From Camelus ferus (taxonomy: Eukaryota): 64,000 nucleotides of DNA. The translations under genes were made by a program, and so were the position numbers. The notes beneath the pieces were generated by a model. It saw only the letters and a list, made by a program, of their open reading frames with translations, did not search any database and was not told the origin of the DNA. The first letter of the stretch is position 1. Every line of letters starts with the position of its first letter. This document shows positions 51,450-63,644 of this stretch, piece by piece. The stretch spans positions 58,964,001-59,028,000 of the forward strand of contig NC_045697.1 in the NCBI RefSeq assembly GCF_009834535.1, in the 5' to 3' direction.

Positions 51450-51678
51450 CTTTTGTTTCCTTCCCCGTTTAGAGCAACCAACTTCAGTTAGGAGGACACC
51501 TACGCAATGGTATCCGCATGATCATCATAATGTCATAACCATTGCCTTACGGCTTGGGCATAATGATATTAGCCTATAATACCCATCTCATCTTCCATTC
51601 TCTTGACCAGACAAGCATTTTGTGCTGCTGTCATTTAGGGAATCTCCTACTGCTTAATGTTCCCTCTAGAAATTCAAT
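51450..51678 (-). pseudogene. Exon remnant IEFLEGTLSSRRFPK*...
   Basis: ttactttagccttag| ... AAAG|gtaaat; EFLEGTL resembles recalled RGS22 'KFIKGTLG'; several stops. Confidence 0.5.
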
Positions 51679-52159
51679 CTAAGGCTAAAGTAAGGTTTGT
51701 CATAATTGCTAGAACAGTTTTAAGGACATGAGCGCAGAATTATTGTTTATTACATCTATTATAATACTGTGCAAAACACAGCTGTTCAAAATTTGATGAT
51801 GCCACTAAAGTATGGTTACTACTGGAAAAAGTACTGCAAGTCACATTACAGTAATCATTATTATTTCCAAATTTTGGTGATCTCTCAAATGCCCTGTCCT
51901 CATCTCTAACTCCAACCTGTGTGTACATATGGTGACCCACGTTTAGAATGTCTTTCTTTGAGTATCCATCCATGTTAATGGCTTCATTTATTTGTTCATT
52001 CATTTATCCTACAAACTAAATTCATGTATCATCCACCATATGACAAACCTGTAGAAGGCAGAATATATCATTTATTGAATGGTTTGACCACTCCCCCAAT
52101 CATTTATCACAAATTATATACATAAATATAATATCTAAAAATAAAATAATAATAGTGAA

Positions 52160-52385
52160 AAAAAACAAAGTGCTCTGGAAACAGGCTGCTTGATTACAAA
52201 TTTTAACTCTGACACTAACTGTGCAAGCTTAAATTACTTAAATTGTTTGTGCTTCAACTTGTTCATCTATAAAATTGGGATTATGAACTATCTTAAAGTA
52301 CTACTGAGATTTTAGAAAGTAAACCCCATGAAAAACCTAGAGCTATCTTTAGCACATAACAGGCACAACATTTTTAGCTACTAAG
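52160..52385 (+). mobile_element. MIR SINE
   Basis: gctctggaaacaggctgc...ttcatctataaaattggga...agcacataacaggcac. Confidence 0.7.
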
Positions 52386-52669
52386 GTCTAAATAGATTTA
52401 ATGGTTTATATACATAAGCTTTTTAAAATCTTAACTTATAAAGTAAATAACATTATCACTGTTCAACAGAGGAGGCATCTACAGCATAGAGAATGTAAAC
52501 AACATGAACAAGTTACTAAAGGGCAGAGTTATAAGACAATATATATCTACAATATGCAAAAAGGAAAGAAGGAAATGACATGCTAATATTATGCTGGGCA
52601 TCATAACCTGTGCTCACAATTCTAGCCATTCAAGAAATAAGTGAGTATCACTACAAGAAGAAAACTTAC

Positions 52670-52792
52670 CAGAGTAAAAACAAAGGGCAAAATTTTTTCA
52701 AACATTAAAAAAAAAAATCTTACATAGCCAAATATTACTAGCTTTTGATTTGACTTTGATTTTTTTTAATTGAAACCCTTGTCTCAGGAATC
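52670..52792 (-). pseudogene. Exon remnant FLRQGFQLKKIKVKSKASNIWL...
   Basis: atattttgtcag|; donors TAT|gtaaga (exon end 52724) and CTG|gtaagt (exon end 52670). Confidence 0.5.
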
Positions 52793-53570
52793 CTGACAAA
52801 ATATCAATGCATTCTTTCTTAATAAATAAAAAAGAACATTTAGTAATCACTTCTGATGATATTTTGTACTACACCATCATAAAGTACTTAAATGAAACTT
52901 ACATCTTTAAGTCTTTTGGAGTAAGACTATACCATATAACATTTAGATATAAAAATGCATGGCATTTTAGGTAAAATTATGCACTTTTTTTTTCTTATCA
53001 AGCTTATATTAATCCTTTAAGTAATTCATTAATTTAGTTTACTAGTTATATTAATACTAATAACTTTTTCCTATAGCCTTAGAAAGAATAATTACAATAA
53101 TTTGAATATAGTCATTGTTCCAACAACTGAAATGAGAAATTGCCCTCACAGGAGTAGGAAGCTAGAACATCCCTAAGAGTTCCACTAGGCCTACATGATG
53201 ATTATCACAATAATCTCCTCTAAGACTAATGTTAGTTAGGACAAATGCTACTCATACCAACAAACTGCTTAACTAGAGAAGCAGCCATGCTAATCTCACA
53301 GGCTTTCAATATAAAGTTCTGAAGGAAATATTTTAAATTCCTCAAGCTAGACATTTGTATCTACAATACAGAATTCAAACTCGGGGAAAAGGTAGTTAAG
53401 TCCTAGTCATGACACACTGGTGTCAGTCTGTTATGCTCTGAATTACAATATGGGAGGATGAGAATGTCATTGGTAAATGGCTATACAAAGCTTTGAAAAA
53501 CAGACATTAACAAAAGACATTGGGATTTATTATAGTAGAAGTATATAGGAAGCAATCACTTTTTTCTTAC

Positions 53571-53770
53571 ATACATCTATGTAAGAAATATATATATAAA
53601 ATAGCATTTCAAAATATATCCTTGTAGCATAAAAGAAACTGCATCCATCCCCAGAGAACTTCTGTACTTCAGCTGACACACAGTTAATTTTATAACTCCT
53701 TTAACTGTTTCTGTATATTTGTCTTCAATTTTATGACTGAATATGTATGTTTTAATCTTTATGCATATTT
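53571..53770 (-). pseudogene. Exon remnant ICIKIKTYIFSHKIEDKYTETVKG... / SAEVQKFSGDGCSFFYATRIYFEMLF
   Basis: gtgttttttag| ... TAT|gtaaga; one frame open for about 63 codons; a second frame has RGS-like EVQKF...A..IY. Confidence 0.55.
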
Positions 53771-53934
53771 CTAAAAAACACTAAGCTCTGTAGTATTTTT
53801 AATAACATTTATAACATTTTTGCTAATTTTAATTTATAGAAATCAATCATAGTTTTCTGTATCTCCTGTTCTCTTTCTGCCAATTTATACTGTTTATTGC
53901 TTCCAGAGTACTTGTCCTAAAATACAAGTAAATC

Positions 53935-54745
53935 CATAATAAAAACAGCTAACTTTATCATATGTTAGGCCCTGTTCTAGGCCCTTCTGCATGCAGCCAC
54001 TCATCTTCCCAACGTCATGAGGACAGCTATCATTACTGTCCTGATTTTAAGAGACACATAAATTTATTAGGAATTGGCAAGATCTGGGCTAGAAATCAAG
54101 GCCGTTTAACCCGAAAGCCCATACTCTCTCAACCATTTCATTTTGCTCTCTACTTTCCCTGGCTGGCTTAATGCTATTTACACTCCAAGGCTCAAATCAA
54201 AAGCAGATACTTCAATAAAGCTTTTGACAATCAGGCCATCAAGTCAAAACGAACCTTCCCTCTTTCTACTCATCACATGTGGCTATTCTTCTCTGATCCC
54301 TGACACTTATTAATATTCACTAAATGCTAGGCACTGTTCACCTCACAAATGATATAGGTAACATAATTCTCCCCAATTTGTAAATGTAAGAAATGAAGGC
54401 CAAAGCATTTAAAAAGTCACAGGAAGTCACAGGATTGGTAAAAACTCAACCCAAGCAGCTGTGTTCCCCATATCATGCAGGGCTCACGGCATTCTACTGT
54501 CTACTGGGAAGAGCAGAACAGGATGAGGAGCAGTGGGCTCACATCTGGGCCTCCTGCCTATCAGATTCATGGCCTTCGGTGGGTTGCGGTCCCTCCTACT
54601 CTCTCTGTCTTCACTGGTATGAATATTAATATAAAAATAGTGTCTACTTCACAGTACTGCTGGGAGAACTAAAGGAAATAACACCGGCACATGCTCACTG
54701 GTGACACTGATACATACATTTTAGTTGCTATTATTATAATCGCTA
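53935..54745. mobile_element. Cluster of MIR (two minus, one plus) and L2 fragments
   Basis: Reverse MIR cores at about 53935-54140 and 54310-54480; forward MIR tail at about 54540-54745. Confidence 0.65.
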
Positions 54746-54945
54746 TTTACGTGACATTGCCATCCACCAGGGGAAGAGCTATTTGAAAGTTCACTGCATA
54801 CACAAAAATGTTGCATCTCTAGTTTTGAGCATACAACAAAAAGATGCTCATTAAATGTCTGAAGGATTTTAGCCTCCAGTATTTTTTACTGTAAGAGAGA
54901 AACGTCCACTGAAGGATGTTGTGTCCAAGAGCTATTTTTACTCAC

Positions 54946-54999
54946 CTAAAACCCAAATCCCTCTTAGAGTTTATAGATCCTTTTCAGGAAAAAGCCTTT
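54946..54999 (-). pseudogene. Exon remnant RLFPEKDL*TLRGIWVL
   Basis: atttttttaaaag| ... TTAG|gtgagt; 54 nt; phase 1->1 fits the next exon. Confidence 0.5.
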
Positions 55000-55536
55000 C
55001 TTTTAAAAAAATATTATCATGGAAAGAAAATTTTATTAGTAACATATGCTGATATTTAACAACTCTAGCTGACAGGAAATTTTTATAGCTTGGGCCAAAC
55101 ACCACTTCTTAATTTTCTTTGTTCTGTTTTTGCTAGCTGTTGAAACTCTTTGGTCAGTACCCTTTGTCATATACATAAAGCCTGCCATTTCTCTTCTTCA
55201 GGCTAACTAATCTCAAATTCTTTAGAAATTTTACATATATCATCTTTTATAATGATTTTGGTCATTTTTTAGGATTTTGACACCTAATAAATTGTCCCTT
55301 TCACATTGGATTGAATATCATAAACTGTATTCATATTTCTTAGAAATATTTATAATCTTTAAAATTACAATATGAAACTGTCTAGGTTCCAAGCAATATC
55401 AGTTAAAAAGCCAATACTGCAGATAAAGACTAATCCATGCCATACATAATACTATGTATTAGGTATAATAACGAAAACAAGAACATGATAATAAGAATAT
55501 ATATTCTAAATTGAACATGTACTAAGTGTTTTAAAG

Positions 55537-56945
55537 TTCATTCATTCAAAAAATATTTAATGAATTCAGCACATGTACTGAGCTTTTCCTATGTTCTAGG
55601 CATCTTTCTAGGTAATGAGAATATAGTAATGAACAAAACCAATATTCCTAACTCCATGAAACAAAAACAAAACATAAGTAAAGTACAGGGTATGTTTCAC
55701 AGTGTGCTGTGATTAAAAAAAAAGTTGGGGGGTGGAGGGGTTAAAGATTTCACATTTTTCGACAGTATGATGAAAGAATCCTTCACTGAGAAGATGACAT
55801 CTGAGTACAAAACCTGAAGGAACCAAGGCAGCAAGCTACGTGGGTATCTACAGCAAGAGCATTCTAGGCAGAGGGAACAAGTACAAAGGCCCTCAGGCAA
55901 GAGCTAAAAAGGACATTTAAATACCAGCAGGAAGGCTAAAAGGCTGCAGCAGCCTGACTGAGGGCAGAATGGCAGGAGGGACCAGACAGCTGAGTGGCGG
56001 GGAGACCTCCATACTAATTCTGGTGGGACTGTGTAGGCTATTACCCATACTCTGGCTTGTACCCAGTGAGGTAAAATACCGCTCTAACAGTCTGAGCAGA
56101 GGAGGAAAATGGTATGACTTATATTTTTAAAAGATGACTCTGGATGTTGTGTTGAGACCAGATTATAGGGAGCCAGGTGGATTAGCTAGAAAAATGACAA
56201 TAATCCAAGTGAGTGAGGAGGCTGACTTGGTTACAAGGTGGTGGCAGTGAAATCAGTGAGAAGTGGAAGGATTCTCAATTGTAAATAAGGCAGAACCAAT
56301 AGGATTTGGCTGTGAATTGCCTATGAAGTATGAGAGACAGAAAAGTCAATGTTTTTTACTTTTGCAACTGCAAGTAAAGTGTCACCATTTTTGAGACTGT
56401 AAAAGGCTTCAGAAAAATTCATTTTAGGTGTGAAGAAAGAAAGAAAGTTTAGTTTGGGATATATTAAGCTGGAGATATATAATAAAAATCTTAGTGGAGA
56501 TATTTGAGAAAGTAGCCACATATCTGAGCCTAGAGCTGGTGTAAATGTTTGAGCTAGAGATAAAATTCAAGAGTAATCAGGATTTAGATAATATTGAATG
56601 CTAAACTAAAAGATCACCAGGGGAGTGAATGTAAACAGAAGACAGAAAAGAAGCAAAAACTGAGGATCTCCAAGATTTATACACTGCGGAGGATGAAAAG
56701 AAACCACTGAAGAAAACTGAGGGAGATGGCAGAAAAATACAAGGGAAACTAGGAAAATGGGATGACCTGGAAGATAGCTGAAAAAAGTGTTTCAAGGAGG
56801 AGAGATGAACTGCATCAAAGATCAAGTAAGATGAGAACTTAGAATTTATCTCTCAATTTAACAACATGAATACTGAAACAGTGTTCTGGCAGAATAGTCA
56901 GGATTAGAGCCACATGGAAATGGGTTTAAAAGAGGATGAAGCAGG
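55537..56945 (-). mobile_element. L2 (L2a-like), about 1.4 kb
   Basis: ttcattcattcaaaaaatattt tail; gcattctaggcagagggaacaagtacaaaggccctcaggc; agtttagtttgggatatattaag; gtgtttcaaggaggag. Confidence 0.9.
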
Positions 56946-57982
56946 ACAGTTCTACTAGCCCTTTTCATCACCGCAACGACTTATAATGCCCTGTGAGAAT
57001 GCCGAAGCTAATTGTCCGTAATCGGTCATTCTGGTTCTAAAGTCTGTACCTTAACCACTGGGCCATATTCTTCTTTAAACCTTGAAGTTTCCTTCACATA
57101 TCATTTGTAAGTAACTGCTTCTGATTTATTTTAATTTTTGTCATAGAAATGTTCTATTTTGCACATATTAAGTATCATTTCTTTGGGTTCTTCATTCATT
57201 TTTGCTTTTCCCCAAACAGATCGGTGTTTTTTGATTTTAAACAACTTTCACATTTATCTGAAAACTGTTATAACTGTGTATATTCACCAAGAGGCTCCCC
57301 AGGTACTAATGCTACATAGCTATGAAAAATGTGGGTCTTGATGCTTAAATGAAACCATTCTCAATAGGAAAAGTGTAAAACAGTCTTAAGAATTATAATA
57401 CAATGTGAACCAAATAAAGCAGGAAACCAAGGTAGATATAATATGTAGTTATTAAAGTTGTTTCAAAAGTAGCTATAAAAAGGATAAAATAAAATATATT
57501 GAATATTTTAAAAATTGGTGACCTCGTAAATCAAAATTTCTCATTTTCCTCTTTTCTTATTTGCTCCTTAACAGAAATGCATTAATATGATAACAGAAAA
57601 ACAGCAACATGCTCTACTATTATCATTCAGTTTAACTCAAAAAATTCTACTGCTTTAATTCTAATTATACCAAAAGTCATGCCCTTAAAAAAGCTTTCTT
57701 ATTTCATACTACTGTTTTAATTAACCTCATATACAAAGAGAAATATATACTAACCTTTAATAAGCAGTTAATTTAGTATACTCATATTGTAAAATCAGAA
57801 AACGTAATTATTTGATAAAAGGCAGCTATGGGTCATTACTTTCCCCAGAGCAACATGATAAAATAAACTTTAAAATTCCCTAATGCCAGTGCGTAACGAA
57901 CTGAATGTGTGATGACAATGTTTAAAATCAATGCCACTTTAATTGACTGATTAAATCACTTTGCACATATAATCTCACTAAC

Positions 57983-58265
57983 ATTTTATTGAAAAAATAC
58001 ATATAAACTACTATATTTTGTCAAAAGTGTAATAGCAAGTTGCCAAATACCAATGAGTAAGTTCAGATTCAGTTTAAAGTGTTCAGGGAGGAAAAAGTGC
58101 CCAATGTTCTCACCAACTGCTTCAAACAGAAAAATACAGAACTTTTCAGGGCAAGCCTTTGCAGTCATGGTACTTTAATTGGTTGATTTTTCCACGCTTA
58201 TCTTTTTCTTTCTTAACGATTAATGATAAAATGCATTTGCAAGCCATTTTATTTACGAAGAGAAA
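57983..58265 (-). pseudogene. Exon remnant ...YHDCKGL/PEKFCIFLFEAVGENIGHFFLPEHFK...QLAITLLTKY (RGS helices 2-5)
   Basis: aattttccttgcag|; 39 open codons, then a +1 shift into ORF 57986-58168; best match to the generic RGS consensus. Confidence 0.65.
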
Positions 58266-58547
58266 CTGCAAGGAAAATTTTAATGTTTGTTTTTAATTTA
58301 AACTGAAACTAAGCAAAGAAAATTAAGAAGCAAAAATTGAAGAAGCTATTTAATGCAGTGACCTTGTCAAATATCACATGGAATGAATTGTGTTTGCTTC
58401 ACTAGAGTACTACAAATGCTTGCAAAATGGAATAAAAACTATGATTAGAATTATGGAAATGAAAAAAGCTACTGTATATGGTCATTAGTTACATAACTGA
58501 ATTTTTTTCCTCTTTGAAGAAAAATAATCTTGGATTCTTCCTCTTAC

Positions 58548-58729
58548 TGTGTGGAATCATTTTTACTGTATTAACAGAAACAATGTACCATTTCACTAAT
58601 GAGGTGCCAGAACACAGTACATTTGATGTAGTCTTAAGTATCTTGCAGAGGAAAATTCTACTTAAAATATTTCTTGGGGCTTAAATGCACTTGTTTCCAA
58701 CATCATTGTTTCGGAATGCAGAAATCTAC
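58548..58729 (-). pseudogene. Possible exon remnant
   Basis: cattgatatgtag| ... ACA|gtaaga; partly open frames (RFLHSE...; SRIFLCKILK...). Confidence 0.4.
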
Positions 58730-59403
58730 CTACATATCAATGAGAATATTAATAGGTGGGTAATCTGCCTAAGGAGTGCCAAATGTTCTTCTATTTTTAG
58801 AGAAAAGAAAATGAATTTATCACAGATAAAAGAAACAAAATTGTGGTCAAAAGTGTATAACGTCCTCTATTCACCAGTTGTAAATATCACATTCTACATA
58901 TGAGGATCTAGTATCAAAGCTTTCCTACAGAAATAGCATCTGTATACAGATCTTTGTGTGGATCTAATAAAAAATGAATCATTAAATTATTATTACTACT
59001 AATTTTAAAAAAGAAACAAATTAATACCACATTAACAGACTCAGGATTACACATCAAAACTTGAATATCACTATGAACATTATCTCTGAAGCCAAAGGAC
59101 TACCCTTGAAACAAAAACTTGTGGAATTTATTCTTCACTCATTTAACCAACATTTATTAAAAATGTGTCATTCCTTTTCTTCTCTGCTAGGTACTCATAG
59201 GTGAAATGGCCAGCAACCAAAAAACTACATAGATACATACATATCCTAAGGAGAGTGGGCCAGTGTCTGCGCTGACTGCCAAGGCACATTTTGTCCAGAT
59301 AGACATGGCCACAAAGAGCTCAGCTGCATGCCATCCACCAATTAAAAACACCCAATTTAATTTTCAAATTACCACTTTTCTAAAGATATTACCTACCTAT
59401 TAC

Positions 59404-59502
59404 CTTTCTATTTTACCACCGGGGGTGTCCAGATTTTGATATGTACCTTCTTTATCTGAGGACTTAGGAAATGCTTTTAAACCAAGCACAATCGCTGTGC
59501 TT
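59404..59502 (-). pseudogene. Exon remnant STAIVLGLKAFPKSSDKEGTYQNLDTPGGKIE
   Basis: ctcctattacag| ... AAAG|gtaata; 99 nt; open. Confidence 0.45.
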
Positions 59503-59844
59503 CTGTAATAGGAGCCATCTCAATTTCTGTGTGGTGAATAACGCCTCATGATTATTTAAGGATTACAAAATTATCAAAAAATATATGTTACAGATACAGA
59601 ATATATATATATATATTCTAAGAGCAAAATGCATATCCTTGAAAGGAAGTCTTTTTGGAAGAGGCTTAAAATTAATACAGGAATATTAATAAGAATCAAT
59701 TATAATAATAATATAATGCACACAGATGTGGGATCCATTTGTAGCTTAAGAAAATGTTTTATCTTACTTGATTTTACTTTTCTGAATAGTAAACAGGTTA
59801 GATTTCATCTTACCAAATTTTCAGATGAGAACGTCAAAACTTAC

Positions 59845-59919
59845 CTAGTTACATGTCTTGTCTGATATTACCCATCAGGCCTTTAAAGAATTGGTAACAG
59901 AAAGGAGACTTCTATGCTC
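59845..59919 (-). pseudogene. Exon remnant (75 nt)
   Basis: cattttttaaaaatag| ... TAG|gtaagt; stops in all frames. Confidence 0.45.
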
Positions 59920-60664
59920 CTATTTTTAAAAAATGAATCTAGTCTTTATATCTTTACTTCTAAGAAACTCCAGAAAGGGCCAAGGACAAATTATTCTGGT
60001 CCATTGACCTTAAATATTCTGATCAATTCAGACTGTGACAGAAGGAAAAGTTGAAACCAGAGACTGACCTGCTCTAGCAAGTATAAACTGAAAAGAGAAA
60101 AAAGGCCATAAAACTATACCACTGTTCAAACCAAAGCAGAACAGAGACTCAAGGTGAACACTGGAAGCTTTTTAAGAGTCTTAGCAAGGTCGTGCTGATA
60201 AATTGAAATGAATACGACTTGGAACTACTAATAAATCATGCTAATTTCTTCAGAACCCACTGTCCTGGCCTCTCTGAACCCAGAGGTAATGGGTAGATCA
60301 TTCACATTCCTGATTAATAATTTTGAAAATTTTATATATCTTACAATAGCTTATTGAGTCAGAGTTCAAAGTTTGAATTTTATTTGGGTCACTAAAGCAT
60401 CAAGAAAAGTCTTACCAACTTCGGGGAAGAGCGGACTTTATTATAAAGTCTGTAATATATGCCATCATGCTTTATTTCCCAAATAAACAATCTCAGCCAT
60501 TACAGTTTCTTCTCAAATTAACCCTTCCTTCATTTCTATAATTATTTATATTCCTCTGAACATAATTTTTGCTTAGAAGATTTTGTTTCAGTCCATTTTA
60601 TATTGTAATTTGGTATATGTACTGTAATACTTGGAACATCCAAGTACTTGGAATAAATGATTCT

Positions 60665-60935
60665 ACAGAAGCAGCATAGTGCAGTGGTTAGTAGCATGAG
60701 CAATGTAGACAGACAGCCAAGGATCCCATCCCCAGTACTCCAATGACTAGTTGTGAGATCAAAGACAAGCCACTTGACTTCTCTATACCTCAGTTTGTTC
60801 CCCTATGAAAAGGCAATACGCCATTACTTAAATCATAGGCTCGCTGTGAGGATTCAAAGGTTTCCCAGAAGTCAATCACTTAGACCCTACACGGCAAACA
60901 GCAAGCAACAATAAATATGTGGTATTACAGTTATT
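60665..60935 (+). mobile_element. MIR SINE, near full length
   Basis: gcagcatagtgcagtggtta...cttctctatacctcagtttg...gctgtgaggattcaa...aataaat. Confidence 0.85.
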
Positions 60936-61153
60936 ATTTATATGGTATATGTTTCTGAGAGAAAAGAAGAGAGACAAAAATACAAAATATGGCTGGGAGT
61001 AGGTTTTATCCAGACAATAAAAATGGGGCTATTAAACCCATTTGTGGTATTAGAAAGAAAAGTAGAGAACCATAGTGATAAACTTTATTACTTCACAAAA
61101 AACTAATTCCAATCAGAAAAGTAAAGAGAAAAAGGCAAAGCACACACTTATAC

Positions 61154-61242
61154 CCATCATCTACATTTTGGAAACTGCTAAATATCTTCCCACTTCATCT
61201 CTTTTGCGATGGTGGGTGGAGGCTGAACTATTTTCAAATTAA
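61154..61242 (-). pseudogene. Exon remnant NLKIVQPPPTIAKEMKWEDI*
   Basis: cattttgtgtatag|; donor degenerate. Confidence 0.4.
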
Positions 61243-61574
61243 CTATACACAAAATGCCTTTCATTTCCAATTACTAAAAAATGAGAATGTTTTCTATTTA
61301 ACCACTACTCTACTTTCACACCTGATTTAACAATCACTATTTAATATCACCCACTATCCAATTTATCATGGTTTACTTGCTGATTTTTTCAAAAAGGAAC
61401 AAATAATGGTTTACATCCAGTATTTAAATAATAGTTCTTAATGATGCTTTAATCTAGAAGAGAACTTCTCCCATTGTGATACATTTTTAAGTTACATCTT
61501 TCCTATGTTAATTTTAACTATTAATACACCACAGCCACCAATTATTTTTAAACTATACAAAATTTTGTTCATAC

Positions 61575-61636
61575 TTCTTAATCTAATCATAAATACTTTT
61601 CAAAATTTTCCAAGGTTTCCACTTCTTTCAATAAAC
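61575..61636 (-). pseudogene. Exon remnant LLKEVETLENFEKYL*
   Basis: ttcctttggcag| ... GAA|gtatga; RGS helix 2-3-like LL....LE.F..YL. Confidence 0.5.
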
Positions 61637-61758
61637 CTGCCAAAGGAACCACAACTTCTCAAAACAGAATTGGAAGGTTCATATTTTTACCTACAACTTA
61701 AATTTTGTAACCCTCACTAATCACATCCAGTAATGTCACAGGTCAAATTCTTCCTTAC

Positions 61759-61790
61759 CTATTATCTTTTAACAAATTTAATATCAAAAC
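61759..61790 (-). pseudogene. Exon remnant VLILNLLKDN
   Basis: tgtttacatttag| ... ATAG|gtaagg; 32 nt; open. Confidence 0.5.
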
Positions 61791-62139
61791 CTAAATGTAA
61801 ACATTAAAATAATGTATGGAAAAACAAAATAAGTTGCTTCCCTTTTATCCTCAAAGTTGCCAGTAACTAACTTAGATAATTATACAAAAATGATTAAAAA
61901 ATACATAAGTAAATTAAAATAGGCGTTTATACAAAAACAGTTTGAAAGGTAAAGCTACCTATTGAGACACCCCCTTGGGATGCAACAGACAACATACTAA
62001 TGGTCATTGATCTTTTTTAATCCACATATATATAAATCTCTAAACAACTAAATGGGCTTTTTACCAGGTTTACTGTGGAAACAATTCATAACATAAAGTA
62101 CATTAGAAATAGAAATTTAGTAAAGTGGCACAGTGTAAT

Positions 62140-62265
62140 ACATTTTTATACATGTATATGTATAGAGCTATACACACATATCACATATATACACATACAT
62201 ACGTTTGTACACATATAAATATATGCATGTATGAATAATGTTTGCTTGTATATATAGACATATAT
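62140..62265. repeat. Degenerate (TA/CA)n low-complexity tract
   Basis: Direct reading. Confidence 0.8.
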
Positions 62266-62859
62266 GCAGACTTATTTACTTATTCAAAACAGGAGACAAA
62301 TAAATGACTGCTTAGATCACCTGGACCACTTTGTCCAAAACATCAGCAAATTCCTTCATCTCAGAAGTGCTAGGGCCAGTCTCCCTAAGCTACAGGTAAC
62401 TAGACCTCAGATTCCTCTCTTGGGATTTGTAAACCTGGAGTCAAAGTGATGGAGAGACTCAGGTCCTTTCCAGTTATGTTGAACTACAAGCCTGGGAAGT
62501 AACGGGCATTGAATATTTTCAATTCATAACTTTATCACTCAAATCATCGGATGCCTGAATGGACAGAAGCAGTAATGATGAATAACAGAAAGGACACTGC
62601 ATCACTGCTTTTAATTTTATACTTCTAACAGTACAGTTATTGTGAAGGTCTAAATTTGCCTAGGCAGAAAGGAAATACTCTATGAGAATATTTGGGGGAA
62701 GGCATACCTTTTCATAAAAACTATACCCTCTACTTCATAATTACTCTTCAGAATAGAATTCAACATCCAAAAAGGAAAATAAGGGCTGTATTAGCTAAAA
62801 ATATTACATGTATGGATTCCTGCTCCATGGATGTCAGATCTCAAATAATTTCCTCTGGT

Positions 62860-63460
62860 TGTTATCAGTATTATGTTTGAACTCGTTTCCCTGCTTCCAA
62901 TCTGAGTCCCTTCTGAAACATTCTCTACAACACCTGGCCCATACCTAGAAGAAGTACTCAGCATATATTTGTGAAAATAATGACCCTTTAACTAAATGTA
63001 TCCTAACCTACTGACAATTTCAGAGAGCATCCTTGTTCTGAGTGATTACTCAATAAATATTTGTAGCATAAATGAAAGAAGGAATGCATGTTTTTATATT
63101 TTCAATGGCTAACTCAAAAACAAGTAGGAGCAAGGTAAGTGTAAAAATCTACAAAGCATTCAATCATTTATTTACTGATTCATTTAACAAATATCAACTA
63201 TGGGAAGGCACAATTTTAGGAGCCATGGATAAGTATTACAGAGAACAAAGCCCTATGGACCTCATAGTTTAATGGAAAATAATGATATCTAACATTTTTG
63301 AATTTATATAAATGTACTCATACTTGTTAAGCACTGTTTCATTGATTCTCACTACAAACTATAAGACAAGTACTGATACTATGCCATTTAACAGAAGGTA
63401 AAAGAGGTTAGGTCATTGCAGCCTTATGTGAGATGCAGCAAGGAGACTGGATTTGATCAA
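62860..63460. mobile_element. L2 3' ends (both orientations) and a reverse MIR
   Basis: tactcaataaatatttg...aatgaaagaaggaatg; cattcaatcatttatttactgattcatttaacaaat; ctcactacaaactataagacaagtac...tttaacaga. Confidence 0.6.
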
Positions 63461-63644
63461 ACTTTATAAAGGGACACTACATCTTATAGTATGGTGAGCG
63501 TAATATAAATAGAATATAGAGAATCGTGGCGAAGCATATTGGGAAGAGGAAGAGATTTATGGCTAAAATAACCATAGGTTATTATCGTTGTGTTGTATTT
63601 TCTTTAATCACTCAAAGAAAAGCAATAACCAAATGCTTAATTAC

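Noticed and set aside
60416..60555. Exon-like block with donor TTG|gtaaga (similar blocks at about 57.1-57.3, 41.5-41.6 and 29.0-29.3 kb)
   Set aside because: Plausible further remnants, but frames are ambiguous and stops numerous, so they are not supportable individually.
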